Sequence record: PQ287644.1
Direction: 5' to 3' (one strand)
DNA length: 64,000 nucleotides
Part shown: positions 28,053-38,271 of the stretch, piece after piece
How positions within the stretch are numbered: the stretch's first letter is position 1
How the letters are laid out: each line of letters starts with the position of its first letter
Translations under genes and position numbers: made by a program
Notes under the pieces: model-generated
Database searches by the model: none
What the model was told of the DNA's origin: nothing
The model's input: the letters and a program-made list of their open reading frames with translations, nothing else

Positions 28053-29489
28053 ATGCACGAAACCAATGAACTGAACAAACTGTACGAAGCGATGTGTTTG
28101 TCGTGGGGCGCGCAGGTTAAAGAACAGGGACGACTCGTCTTTATGATCGATGGGGAAGAATTCCCACTCCGTATTGATGGGATGACCCTCCACCTTCCGC
28201 TGAGCGAAGTCCTGGATGGGAACTGCGTGGATAAGGTCTTCTTCCACCCGGCCTGTGAAAACATCGTGTCGAAAGAAACGGAAGTGTTCAAGATCATCCG
28301 GCGGATGACCTGTATGAAACTGCTGGATACCTTCCGTCGTATTCCGATGGTGTTGTTCACCGTTGCAGGCCATAAGCCCAAGAGCACCTGGAACCAACGC
28401 ATCCATGACATGCTGGAGCCCCTTAAAGGCACCAAGCGCGCGGTACGGGATGAACTCAACGCATTGTTCAGCCGTATGCATGTGGAAGTGGAAGAGAATG
28501 GGTTGGATAACCGTTTCATTCACTTCAAGGTATCTAAGGGCGGTGGTACCAGCAAGACCACGGGTCAACGGATCTATTACAAGACCCGTCCGGAGTTTCC
28601 GTTCTATACGGAAATCGTTCGTCGTCTGGCACGTTCGGATGGTCAATCGGATAACCAGACCATTGAAATCAATAACCACACGGTCTCCCGAGCAGCACTT
28701 CGTCTGGCCGCCCATATCTTCCAGAACGTCCTCCCGGCGGTGAACAGTCCCAGTGACTATGAGTTTGAATCGACTTCCCCGGTGGCGTCTCGTCTAGTGT
28801 CCTACATGGGGTGCTATGCGGAAATCGCAGATCAATTGAATAAGATCCAGAATACCTTCCGATCTGATTTCGATAAAGCCGGGTTGTACCCGATTGATCT
28901 GAGCTGGACGGAACGCCTGGAAGAACTACCGGATATTTATCGCCAAGTCCCAGTACTGGATTACAACAGCCACAACACCCATGATGAAGTCCAGCATCAA
29001 GCAGTGAGTCGGAATGACATGGGTGGTCTGCTGTCGGTTACCAGTACCAACCAACAGGGTGTTTCTCAACATCAATCCCAACCGCAGCACGTTGCAGGAA
29101 TGGGTGGGGACTATGACGTATCGCCTCCGCAGATGCAAGCGGGAGACCGGTATGTCCGTACGGAGATCGATTATGTCGGTCAGCGCGTCCTCCACCATGC
29201 GATTAACCAAACCACCAATAACCCGGTCGTCTACATCTGTAGTCGTAAAGGGAACTTCCTGCAACGCTCTGAAACCAACATGATGCTTCAGCAAATGGGT
29301 ATGTTGGGTGGGATGGGTAGTATGATGGGTGGAACGATGCTGGCCAATGGGATGGTTCAACTGCCGAACGGCATGATCGTGAATCCGCAGATGATGGGGG
29401 GTGTTTCGATGCCTACGCCTACCGCGACACCGAGTGTATACCCGGACACCGGTATGGGGTTTGACCTGGGAGCCCCAGGTATCTTCTAA
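28053..29489 (+). CDS. Conserved protein (position of phiKZ gp70) with Met/Gly-rich C-terminal tail
   Basis: 478 aa; GAGG RBS; low-complexity tail MMLQQMGMLGGMGSMMGG... Confidence 0.75.
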   Translation: MHETNELNKLYEAMCLSWGAQVKEQGRLVFMIDGEEFPLRIDGMTLHLPLSEVLDGNCVDKVFFHPACENIVSKETEVFKIIRRMTCMKLLDTFRRIPMVLFTVAGHKPKSTWNQRIHDMLEPLKGTKRAVRDELNALFSRMHVEVEENGLDNRFIHFKVSKGGGTSKTTGQRIYYKTRPEFPFYTEIVRRLARSDGQSDNQTIEINNHTVSRAALRLAAHIFQNVLPAVNSPSDYEFESTSPVASRLVSYMGCYAEIADQLNKIQNTFRSDFDKAGLYPIDLSWTERLEELPDIYRQVPVLDYNSHNTHDEVQHQAVSRNDMGGLLSVTSTNQQGVSQHQSQPQHVAGMGGDYDVSPPQMQAGDRYVRTEIDYVGQRVLHHAINQTTNNPVVYICSRKGNFLQRSETNMMLQQMGMLGGMGSMMGGTMLANGMVQLPNGMIVNPQMMGGVSMPTPTATPSVYPDTGMGFDLGAPGIF

Positions 29490-29505
29490 GCAACAATAAC
29501 CTTAC

Positions 29506-29537
29506 CAGTACCTAGCGGGATATCCCGCTAGGTACTG
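29506..29537. terminator. Bidirectional terminator hairpin
   Basis: cagtacctagcggga-ta-tcccgctaggtactg between convergent genes. Confidence 0.75.
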
Positions 29538-29564
29538 TGTTTTCTCTATTTTATTCCAGTATTT

Positions 29565-29894
29565 TTACGCTTGGGTCGTATTACTACGTGCAACGGCCTG
29601 GGTCAAATGGGCCTCGTCAATTATCTTGTAACTTTGCATGCCCGCACAATCCATAAAGGGATCTTCAATCCCATTCAGATAGGCGGTGACCCACAGCATA
29701 TGGTTTTCAACCCCTTGAACCCTCAGGAATCGATAGAAGTCATACCGATAAGCGTACAGTTGTGCGTGAGAGACGATTGGAATCTCCTGGGTTTGACGGA
29801 GGAGTATTTCCCGTTCGGACCGCACCAAGACTTTGAACCGTTCAGTAAAGAAGAAATCACGTCCTTCACTGAAGTTAACAATAGACAGTGGCAT
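29565..29894 (-). CDS. Small hypothetical protein, possibly LysM-like baseplate component
   Basis: 109 aa; LYAYRYDF...LWVTAYLNGIEDP loosely resembles T4 gp53/LysM wedge proteins. Confidence 0.55.
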   Translation of the reverse strand: MPLSIVNFSEGRDFFFTERFKVLVRSEREILLRQTQEIPIVSHAQLYAYRYDFYRFLRVQGVENHMLWVTAYLNGIEDPFMDCAGMQSYKIIDEAHLTQAVARSNTTQA

Positions 29895-29925
29895 GGAGAA
29901 GATCCTTATCGATGCAGCTAACCAT

Positions 29926-29943
29926 TTTTGAACCTATATTATC
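29926..29943 (+). promoter_or_regulatory. Candidate early promoter upstream of nvRNAP beta-C
   Basis: ttttgaacctatattatc. Confidence 0.7.
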
Positions 29944-30005
29944 TTCAGGAATGAGTTGAGACCGTCTTTATTGAAAAGACTGCTGTTGACTGTAATGGAG
30001 CCGTT

Positions 30006-32312
30006 ATGAGTAAAGAAAAATTGAATCAGGACCTGAAAGGTGTAAGCAGTGAAATCCGTGCCGCACTGGGTACAGAGGATCCGGTTCTTACCCCTGACAG
30101 TGCAGCGGGTCAATTCCTCCAGGAAGTTCGTTACAAGTATCCCTGCGGGGAGAATCAAATCCATCCTGCTTTAGTGGGTGTCAGCAGTAACCTGATTCTC
30201 TTCCCGCACGAAGCCTCCGCGGGTCGTCTCTATATGGCGGGTAACATGATCCCTAAATCCGTGCCGACCGAAGGAGCGGGTGAACGGATGATGGTAACCG
30301 GGTACGAATTTGAGGAACATTACGGTGGAACGGCTCGTAAGGTCGAAGCCCCTGCGAATATGCTGGTGGAAGAGATCTTCTTCGTTCAGAGTCTGGTTCC
30401 GGGTAAGGATACGGATGACTGGAATTCGATTTACGTGGTCTTTAAGAACGACGAACAGAACGCCTACGACCTTCTGGAGCTACCTCGGTATAACACTCAT
30501 AACCACTACGTTGGGTTCGAATATAAATACGATAAAGAGAAACTCCGTAAGCTCCGTAAAGGTGCCACTTTCGCTAAAGGGACCGTCTTCGCTAAGAGTC
30601 CTCGTATCAGTGAGAATGGGGAATGGTGTTTTGCAATGCCGACCTTGGTAGCCGCCTATTCGGACCAAAGGACTGAGGAGGATGGTGTGCTTATCACCCG
30701 TTCCTACGCGGAACGTTCGGCTTGTATGTTCAAGCACGAGTTCAGCTATGAATGGAATGAGGATGAATGGATTCCTCTGATGCTGTACGGAACGGACGAG
30801 AACCCCCAACCGCTCCCTGAGTCGGGTGATAACATCCGTGAGGATGGCATCGTCATGGGCTTCCGTCGCCGCATCAAAGAGAACGCGCTGGTTTCCCTGA
30901 CCAAGAAGTCCCTGCGAGAACCAGATCTGGTGTACGACAAGTTGTTCTACGCGCCTGTGGATGCGGTTGTGATGTCAGTCACTGTTCGGTCGGATCGGAT
31001 GAAGAACCGGTCCAATAACCGAGGTACGGATTACATCGAACAACACCACAACGCCATGCTGGACCGCTATGAGAAACGCCAGAATGAAATGTGGAACAAT
31101 GTGATCCGGTGGTACGAAGGGAAGATTGCCGCCAACCGCGGGGAAGACATTCCCATTACCTTTAACCTCGATACGTTCATTCGGAACGCGTATGGCAACT
31201 ATACTCGCAATGGGTTGGGTCGTATTAACCCATTGGCCCGAGTGGAACGGTGGGATAAGCTGAAAGATTGGAACGTGACCATCGAACTGAAGGAACGGGT
31301 TAAAGGTCGTGTTAAATTCAAGTACGCGGGTTTGAACGGTGACAAAGGGGTGTGTGTACGAGTCATTGAAGACGACGAAGCCCCAACCTATCCGGACGGG
31401 ACTCGGGCAGAGTTCATTAAAGATAACGTACCAGCGTTCCGTCGCCAGATCTTTTCGTTGCTTATGGAACTGAGTATCAACTATGTGAACATGAACGTTC
31501 AACGGGAAGTCAGACACCTACGGTTACAAGGGGATTATGAAGGCGCTTTCCAGGCGTTGATGACGTTCTATGAAACCGGTTTCCCTGAATTCAGTGAATT
31601 GGTTGCTCACGCGTTGGTTACGGAGGAGGAGAAACGTGAGCACGTCGACGATGTCTGTCGCCGGAAGATTTCTGTGCATGTGGTCAGTAACACGAAGTTG
31701 TATGGTGTGAACCTGATCAACGCCCTGCGTCGTCAATACCCGTATAAGCCGCAGAAAGCCATTATCGTGAACGCGCTGGGGGAACGAGTGGAAACCGAGA
31801 ACCCTATCCTTATCAGCTGTCAGGACATTATGCTCCTGGATAAGTTTGGTACGGACATGAGTGCGCAGAGTATGCCGAAGGCTAACCTCTTTGGTATGCC
31901 AGCGAAGATGAACGAAGGCAGTAAATACGCCACCCCCATGAAAGACAGCAATAACAAGAATACCGGTGAAACCGAAGGCCGGTTGCAAGTCAGTCATGCG
32001 GGCGGGCAGGAAATGATCAAGCAACTGGCTCTGGCGTATTCCCCCGAGAACCAGAAAAAAGCCTCCCAACGGGTTATTCGTGCGGATGATCCGTTTGAGA
32101 TTCCTCGGTTGATTAAACCGGAGGAGTATTTGGGGAATCGGGCGTTGAAAATGGCGGTGGGAATGTTGTCGGATTCGGGTTATCGGCTGCGAGCTGAACT
32201 ACCCGGTGATCGTCGGGAATATCCAACCTTTAACATGGATGAAATCCCAGGGTTGGATGACGAGACCTTGAAGCAGCTTCAGTCATCCGAGAAACCCACT
32301 CAAGAACCTTAA
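30006..32312 (+). CDS. rpoB: nvRNAP beta C-terminal subunit (phiKZ gp71-73-like), intron-less
   Basis: EDGVLIT, KYAGLNGDKGV and TGETEGRL beta motifs. Confidence 0.9.
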   Translation: MSKEKLNQDLKGVSSEIRAALGTEDPVLTPDSAAGQFLQEVRYKYPCGENQIHPALVGVSSNLILFPHEASAGRLYMAGNMIPKSVPTEGAGERMMVTGYEFEEHYGGTARKVEAPANMLVEEIFFVQSLVPGKDTDDWNSIYVVFKNDEQNAYDLLELPRYNTHNHYVGFEYKYDKEKLRKLRKGATFAKGTVFAKSPRISENGEWCFAMPTLVAAYSDQRTEEDGVLITRSYAERSACMFKHEFSYEWNEDEWIPLMLYGTDENPQPLPESGDNIREDGIVMGFRRRIKENALVSLTKKSLREPDLVYDKLFYAPVDAVVMSVTVRSDRMKNRSNNRGTDYIEQHHNAMLDRYEKRQNEMWNNVIRWYEGKIAANRGEDIPITFNLDTFIRNAYGNYTRNGLGRINPLARVERWDKLKDWNVTIELKERVKGRVKFKYAGLNGDKGVCVRVIEDDEAPTYPDGTRAEFIKDNVPAFRRQIFSLLMELSINYVNMNVQREVRHLRLQGDYEGAFQALMTFYETGFPEFSELVAHALVTEEEKREHVDDVCRRKISVHVVSNTKLYGVNLINALRRQYPYKPQKAIIVNALGERVETENPILISCQDIMLLDKFGTDMSAQSMPKANLFGMPAKMNEGSKYATPMKDSNNKNTGETEGRLQVSHAGGQEMIKQLALAYSPENQKKASQRVIRADDPFEIPRLIKPEEYLGNRALKMAVGMLSDSGYRLRAELPGDRREYPTFNMDEIPGLDDETLKQLQSSEKPTQEP

Positions 32313-32351
32313 CCCCATGATAGACTCACGGTATGGAGAGGAATGTAACTC

Positions 32352-35300
32352 ATGGTAATGAAGATCAAACTCCGTGAATGGGCTAATTTACCAGAAGAAA
32401 CTGTTCTCCGTTGGTTAAATACCCGTCGGTGGGTGGAGGTCACGGATGACCTGGACCAGGTCGCTTTAACGGATACCTACGCCCTGATCATTACCTGGCA
32501 TGGAATGATCATCCACCGGCATTATAACGATGTTCCCTATTCCATTAAGGAAATGGTGCCCAGTAACAAGGTGGAAGGGGGTGAAGACACCGTCTATAAC
32601 GATGGAACCAACGCGACGCCTATTAACCAGTTCTTAAAGGTCATTCTTCCTACGATTATTGACCCGGTGGAAGTGGACGGGATTAAACGGCTTATTCATA
32701 TCTGGCAGAATAAGCTGAATAACCTGCTGGTGGTGATGAGTGAGCGTTACGTTATTTCGGCCACCGCTGAATCCGTAGCGGAGTTCATGGAAGATGAAGG
32801 GATCTCTGGAATACGGGACCGTGTCCTGAGCAAGGAGATTTCAATTGATGAGGGCGAGCGGGAGTTTGCGGATTATGTCCGGACCTCTCATTCCATTGCC
32901 AACAACACCCTCACCCTGCTGTCGCGTACGGGTGGGGTGGCCATTAACCAGGCGTATCAGAAGACGATCATCCGGGGTAAGGTCTTTGACCTGAACAACT
33001 CGATCATGCCGAATGCGATTACGGTTCCGTATGCGCATGGGATCACCAACCTGGCTGATATGCTGGGTGAACGGAATGCAGCGGGTAAAGCCGGAGTTTT
33101 GTCTTCAAAGATAAAAATCCCTGGTGGATGGAAAACCATGGGTAACATTCGGGTGGGTGATGAAGTCGTTACACCCGATGGAGGTACCGCTAAGGTGCTG
33201 GCAGTTCACCCACAAGGTGTAACCAAGGTTGTACGGGTGCACTTCAAAGACGGTCGATATACTGACGTTAGTCCAGATCACCTGTGGAAGGTTAGACGTC
33301 ATCATTGGTGCAACGATAAAGCCATGGCTAAACTCACTCGGGAGGAAGTGGAAGAACGTGTATGGCGAGTCATCACCACCAATGAGTTGAAAGACTATAT
33401 TGGTCTGTCAACTAAGGTATACGTCCAACTGATTGAACCTGAAAGAAATGCCGATAAACCCTTCAAAATTCACCCGTATGTGCTCGGTGTCTTGTTGGGG
33501 GATGGATGCATTAGTCAAAAGGCTGTGGATATCACCAAACCTTATCAACAGCTATTCGATAAGGTCCAATCGCTATTGCCAGAACATTTGGAATGTGTTT
33601 GGCGGAGCAATGGTGATAAAGAACCTAAAACGTTTGCGATCCGTTTTAAAGATCGTCGGTCCGAACAGCACATCAACTGGCATATCCGTGATGGCCTGAA
33701 GGAACTGGGCTTGTATGGAATGCGGTCGTGGGGAAAAGTCATTCCCGAAGAATATCTTCACGGATCGGCCAAACAGCGTTTGGAGCTCCTCCAAGGACTG
33801 TTGGACACAGACGGAACTGTGGACAAACACAAATCGGTTAGCTTTAGCTCTTCGTCTAAGTTACTCTCCCTCGGAGTGCAATACTTGGTCAGAAGCCTAG
33901 GGGGGATGGCGCGTCTCCAAGAACGTACTTCCCACTACACCCACAATGGAGAAAAAGGGAAGGTCGTACGGACTATCGGGTTTATATCCGATACCCTCGA
34001 CCGGAAGAACTCTTTACCCTAGACCACAAACGGGAACGTGCGGTCTCGCACCAGCATACGGAAACCCTGAGACTGCAAGTAACCCATATTGAAGAACGTC
34101 CTGATGAGGAGACACAATGCATTACGATCGATCATCCTGATCATCTGTACATTACAGACGACTTCATTGTCACCCACAACAGCTTGACCAATAACGGGAA
34201 GGCCCTGAAATCATCGGAATGGTTCCACCGGAAGGTACACATCCTGTCCGCTGTGGTAGCGGATATCGATCATTTCATGGACTGTGGTACGACCACTACA
34301 GTACCGATCCGAATTCCCAATATGCAAGCGGCAATGGCATTGTTGGGTAAATTCAGGGTAAAGGATACAGGAGAATTAGAACTCATTGATCAAACCACCG
34401 TGTGGTCAATTAAGCCAGGGGAGTGGGTTAATATTCGTAGTGTAGCCTTCTGTAATCACTACAATAACGCTTCACCCTGCCGGGTATGCTACGGGATGAT
34501 GGCGAGCTCTATCCCGTATAACGTGATAATGAAGAAAGGGGCGAATGTCGGGATGTGGTGCGCCACCTCGATCTGTAACCCCATCGGCCAGGGAATGCTC
34601 TCCACCAAGCATTTCATTCGGAATGCAACGACCCGTAAGTTCGTTCCTGCGACTAAGGATAAGAACGTTATCTATTCCAATGGTGACGATATTTTCCTGA
34701 CTAAGGAACTCTGTGCGCCGGGTACTGAATTGGTGCTCAAAGCCGATATTGTGAACATCCTCTCGGATATCCGTTCCTTGGATGTTCTGGACAACTTGAG
34801 CCTGGATAAACTCCCGTACTTCTCTGAAGTCACATTCCGCTATGAAGTCGAAGACATCATGATGGGGGGTAAAACCCTCCAGCAGCATGCGGCCTGTACC
34901 TCGGTGTCGTCTCGGAATGCCCGGTTCTCGTTGGAGTTCCTGAACTATCTCCTGAGTAAAGGTTGGGCGAACGAAGGTAAGAAACATATTACCGTTGATT
35001 TGAGTGAATGGAATACGCTCAGTCCTATCTTCACACTGCCGTATGTTCGTGAAGACTTGGACATGCACCGGGCTCGGGTAGAGAACTTCATCACGTTCAA
35101 TAAACGCAATAACGCCTGGAGACAGCAGATCGTTACACCCCGTCTCTTTGGTGAGGTCTTAGCGGAATACTGGGGATTGATCAACCAGGAAACGAAAGGG
35201 ATTAACATCATCCATCCTGAGGTCTTGCTCTATTCCACGTTGTGTCGGGATCCCATGCGCGGGGATTATTCCCTGGCGAATGGTAAAGGACCTAAGTATT

Positions 35301-35455
35301 TCGTGAACTTCCAGGAGTGTATCAAAGGCAGAGGGGCGGGTATGCTCATGATCTACGAGAACCAGCAAAATGTGCTGAGCGATCCTAAGACATTCCGTGT
35401 GGTGAACCGTCAGGGGAGTCCGCTGGAGTGCTTCTTTAGCTTAGCGGTGAGTTGA
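32352..35455 (+). CDS. rpoC: nvRNAP beta' C-terminal subunit (gp74-like) with intein; reading frame broken at 33952-33956
   Basis: Bridge-helix region AAGK|SLTNNGKALKSSEWFHRK is joined across the intein. DCGT and CNH...CRVCYG Zn motifs. The two ORFs join by a -1 shift in gAAAAAggg. Confidence 0.88.
33090..34180 (+). mobile_element. Class-3 intein with intact-looking LAGLIDADG endonuclease
   Basis: Ala1 after AAGK; PDHLW; YVLGVLLGDG; LLQGLLDTDG; TQCITI; FIVTHN|S. About 364 aa if one A is restored. Confidence 0.92.
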
Positions 35456-35482
35456 GTGGGTGACCCCGTTCGTTAGTGTGGA

Positions 35483-35516
35483 CCTCTTAAGGGGTCCTCG
35501 GAATCCCCTTAAGAGG
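35483..35516 (+). terminator. Hairpin between beta'-C and helicase
   Basis: cctcttaagggg-tcctcggaat-ccccttaagagg. Confidence 0.65.
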
Positions 35517-35522
35517 TTGATT

Positions 35523-37805
35523 ATGCGAGCAACAGCAACTATCAGCAAAGCGAATCATTACTTCAGAATCAACGGGTTCTATGAGGAATTCGCGGTTCGG
35601 GTAATCTTACCGTTTTGTAAACTGAATCTCTGCAAGATGGCTAAGAAGCCAATACCGGGTACCCGGAAGCAGGCGTGGTTTGTTCAACACGTCTTTGCTC
35701 GGTCGAATTATGACAAGAGTGAATACCGGCTACCCATTGAAACCCTTAAAGAGTTTGTGGAATTTGCGGGCTACAGGGGGTATAAAGAATCCCGCTTGAA
35801 GATTCAGGATGAACCGGAGATCGAAGGCAAGGATGTTGTATTCGAATTCAATCCAGGGTTTGATCAGTTCAGGGAGGGTCAAGGTGAATGGATCGACTAC
35901 ATGCTGAGCGATGGTCACCTGAAGGTCAATAATGCGTCTACGGGCTTTGGGAAGATGCAACCGCTGTACGCGAAGATCAAAGTCCCGGGTGGTTGGAAGA
36001 CAATGAGGGAGATGACCGTCGGTACCGAGGTCATTGCAGCGGATGGTACGGTCACTCAGGTGACTGGTGTTTACCCGCACGGTAAACAACCCATTTACCG
36101 TTTGCACTTCGAAGACGGCCGTTATACCGATGCAGGACTGGATCACCTGTGGAAAGTGTTCACAGAGGAGACTCGGGCATGGACAGTCGTTGATACCCGT
36201 TCCGTACAGACCCTGTTGGCGAAAGAGCCAGAAGGGGTATTTATCCCTCTGTGTGAGCCTGAAGACGGTCCAGAGAAGCCCTTTGTAACGGACCAATTGG
36301 AAGGTTCCCGCCAACAACGGTTGGAACACCTACGACGACTCATGGATGAGAAAGGGTATGTGCGTGATGACGGTAGTCTGTCCTTTTCCAGTGAGGATGA
36401 GGTGGAAAGTACTACGGTTCAATACCTGGTTAGGAGTCTGGGGGGTATTGCTCGAAAGGTACCGTCTACAGGACTGTACCGCCGCAGGCAATACCGGGTG
36501 TACATCAAGCACCCTCGTCCTGAGGAACTCTTTACCCTGACGAATAAGGGTGGTAACTTGGCATCAAAGTCGGGTAACCAGTCCCTTAAGCTCCGGGTGA
36601 ACCGCATTGAATTCATTGGGGAACATGAAGCCCAGTGCATCTCTGTAGCACACCTGGATCGTCTGTACATCACGGACGACTTCATTGTCACCCACAACAC
36701 CTACATGGCCATCCACAGCATGGTGAAGATTGGTAAACGGACCTTAATCACCATGCAACCCCGTTACCAGATCAACTGGATACGGGAACTCAACAAGATC
36801 GTTAAACTCATTCCAGGGGATCTCTTAATCTGGGAGAATACCCTGGAGTCGTTGTATGAGTGTTTAGAAGACGGGAAGTTTGATCCTAAGATTATTATTA
36901 TTCCGATGTCTCGTATTGAGGTCTTCCTCCGTAAGGGGAAAGAGACCCGAGACGGGTTACACATGGATGATTTGATCAAACGGATCAATCCGGGATTAAG
37001 GATCATTGATGAAGGGCATGAAGCGATTCATCAGATCTTCTTGTCCTTAATGTTTGGGAATATCAAGAAACTCTTCCTGCTCTCAGCCACCTTGAAAGCA
37101 GACGATCCCTTTACGAACAAGATGTACCAGTACTTGTTCCCTAAACGGTTACGGTTAAAGGAGGCGGAACCCGAACATTACATCGATGTAGTGGCGTACC
37201 TGTATCGCCTCAACACCCGTCGTTATCATCTCAAGACGGAGCAGTTTGGAGCGTATAACGATAAGACGTTTGAAAAGAGCATCTTAAAGTCGGGTGTACT
37301 CCTGGCATTCTACTTTAAATTGGTCAATAAGGCCTTTAAGGAGTATTACCTCAATGTGAGGCGTGAAGGAACGAAGTGTTTGTTCTTCTTCTCCAGGGTC
37401 AGTATGTGCGATGCCATGTTGGAACTGTTCAGGAAAGAATATCCCGGCTGGGATTTCGAAACCTTTACTGGGGACGATTCCAAGCTGAAAGATAAGAAGG
37501 ACAAGTACTTAAAGCACGAGATCATCATTACAACTCCGAACAGTTGTGGAACAGGTAAGGATATCGGGGGGTTGGTAACGGTGATCTGCGCCCACACGGT
37601 TGCGTCGACTCAGGCTAATAAGCAGATCATTGGACGACTCAGGGCGTTGTCGGGTAAGTTCAATAATGAGATCGACCCTGCCTTTGTGTTCCTGGTGTGT
37701 TTGGACTTAGCGAAGCACGTGGAATATTTAGCCAAACGGGAACAGGTGTTCTTTGAGAAACAGAAGACCTTCAAGCGTATCAATTCGGAATGCTCCCTGG
37801 ACTGA
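35523..37805 (+). CDS. SF2 DExH helicase with intein (phiKZ gp75-like)
   Basis: Walker A STGFGK|T, DEGH, LSAT, GTGKDI and QIIGRLR; start MRATA at 35523. Confidence 0.9.
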   Translation: MRATATISKANHYFRINGFYEEFAVRVILPFCKLNLCKMAKKPIPGTRKQAWFVQHVFARSNYDKSEYRLPIETLKEFVEFAGYRGYKESRLKIQDEPEIEGKDVVFEFNPGFDQFREGQGEWIDYMLSDGHLKVNNASTGFGKMQPLYAKIKVPGGWKTMREMTVGTEVIAADGTVTQVTGVYPHGKQPIYRLHFEDGRYTDAGLDHLWKVFTEETRAWTVVDTRSVQTLLAKEPEGVFIPLCEPEDGPEKPFVTDQLEGSRQQRLEHLRRLMDEKGYVRDDGSLSFSSEDEVESTTVQYLVRSLGGIARKVPSTGLYRRRQYRVYIKHPRPEELFTLTNKGGNLASKSGNQSLKLRVNRIEFIGEHEAQCISVAHLDRLYITDDFIVTHNTYMAIHSMVKIGKRTLITMQPRYQINWIRELNKIVKLIPGDLLIWENTLESLYECLEDGKFDPKIIIIPMSRIEVFLRKGKETRDGLHMDDLIKRINPGLRIIDEGHEAIHQIFLSLMFGNIKKLFLLSATLKADDPFTNKMYQYLFPKRLRLKEAEPEHYIDVVAYLYRLNTRRYHLKTEQFGAYNDKTFEKSILKSGVLLAFYFKLVNKAFKEYYLNVRREGTKCLFFFSRVSMCDAMLELFRKEYPGWDFETFTGDDSKLKDKKDKYLKHEIIITTPNSCGTGKDIGGLVTVICAHTVASTQANKQIIGRLRALSGKFNNEIDPAFVFLVCLDLAKHVEYLAKREQVFFEKQKTFKRINSECSLD
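35955..36698 (+). mobile_element. Class-3 intein (248 aa), endonuclease partly deleted
   Basis: Met1 after GFGK; LDHLW; AQCISV; FIVTHN|T; first LAGLIDADG block missing. Confidence 0.92.
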
Positions 37806-37845
37806 GGTCCCAGGGGGTTTCCCTTTATGTCGGGGTACCGCTACT

Positions 37846-38271
37846 ATGCCGCTATTCAAACGTCAGCCCATGCTGATCATTTCATGCCCTAACATCGGAC
37901 AGATCAGCTGGGTAGCCACCCAGTTGGTCGAGGACTCCCTTTACCACATCTTTGCGGATGGTTCACTCGTTGAAGATGATATTCTGGAAGAATGGTTAGA
38001 AACCGAAACCGAAAACATCCTTTTTGATGAAGAGGGACAGGTTAAAATGTCCCCCCTACTGCACGAGCAGGAATATTGGAACCTGGTTAAGGATCCTCAC
38101 GCCATGACCGAGTTTTACATGGACGAAGCCCTCGGTATTCTGGATCACCTTTTCCAGTTAAATAAGGACAAGCTCGCAGAGGTGTCAAATACGCTCTCTG
38201 TTGAACGTTACTGGGTAATCCGACATCTCCCTAACCATTGGCTCATAAAACTCTATGGTGACCCTAAATGA
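37846..38271 (+). CDS. Hypothetical protein
   Basis: Start MPLFKR at 37846 avoids overlap with the helicase; ATGA-coupled to the next gene. Confidence 0.65.
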   Translation: MPLFKRQPMLIISCPNIGQISWVATQLVEDSLYHIFADGSLVEDDILEEWLETETENILFDEEGQVKMSPLLHEQEYWNLVKDPHAMTEFYMDEALGILDHLFQLNKDKLAEVSNTLSVERYWVIRHLPNHWLIKLYGDPK

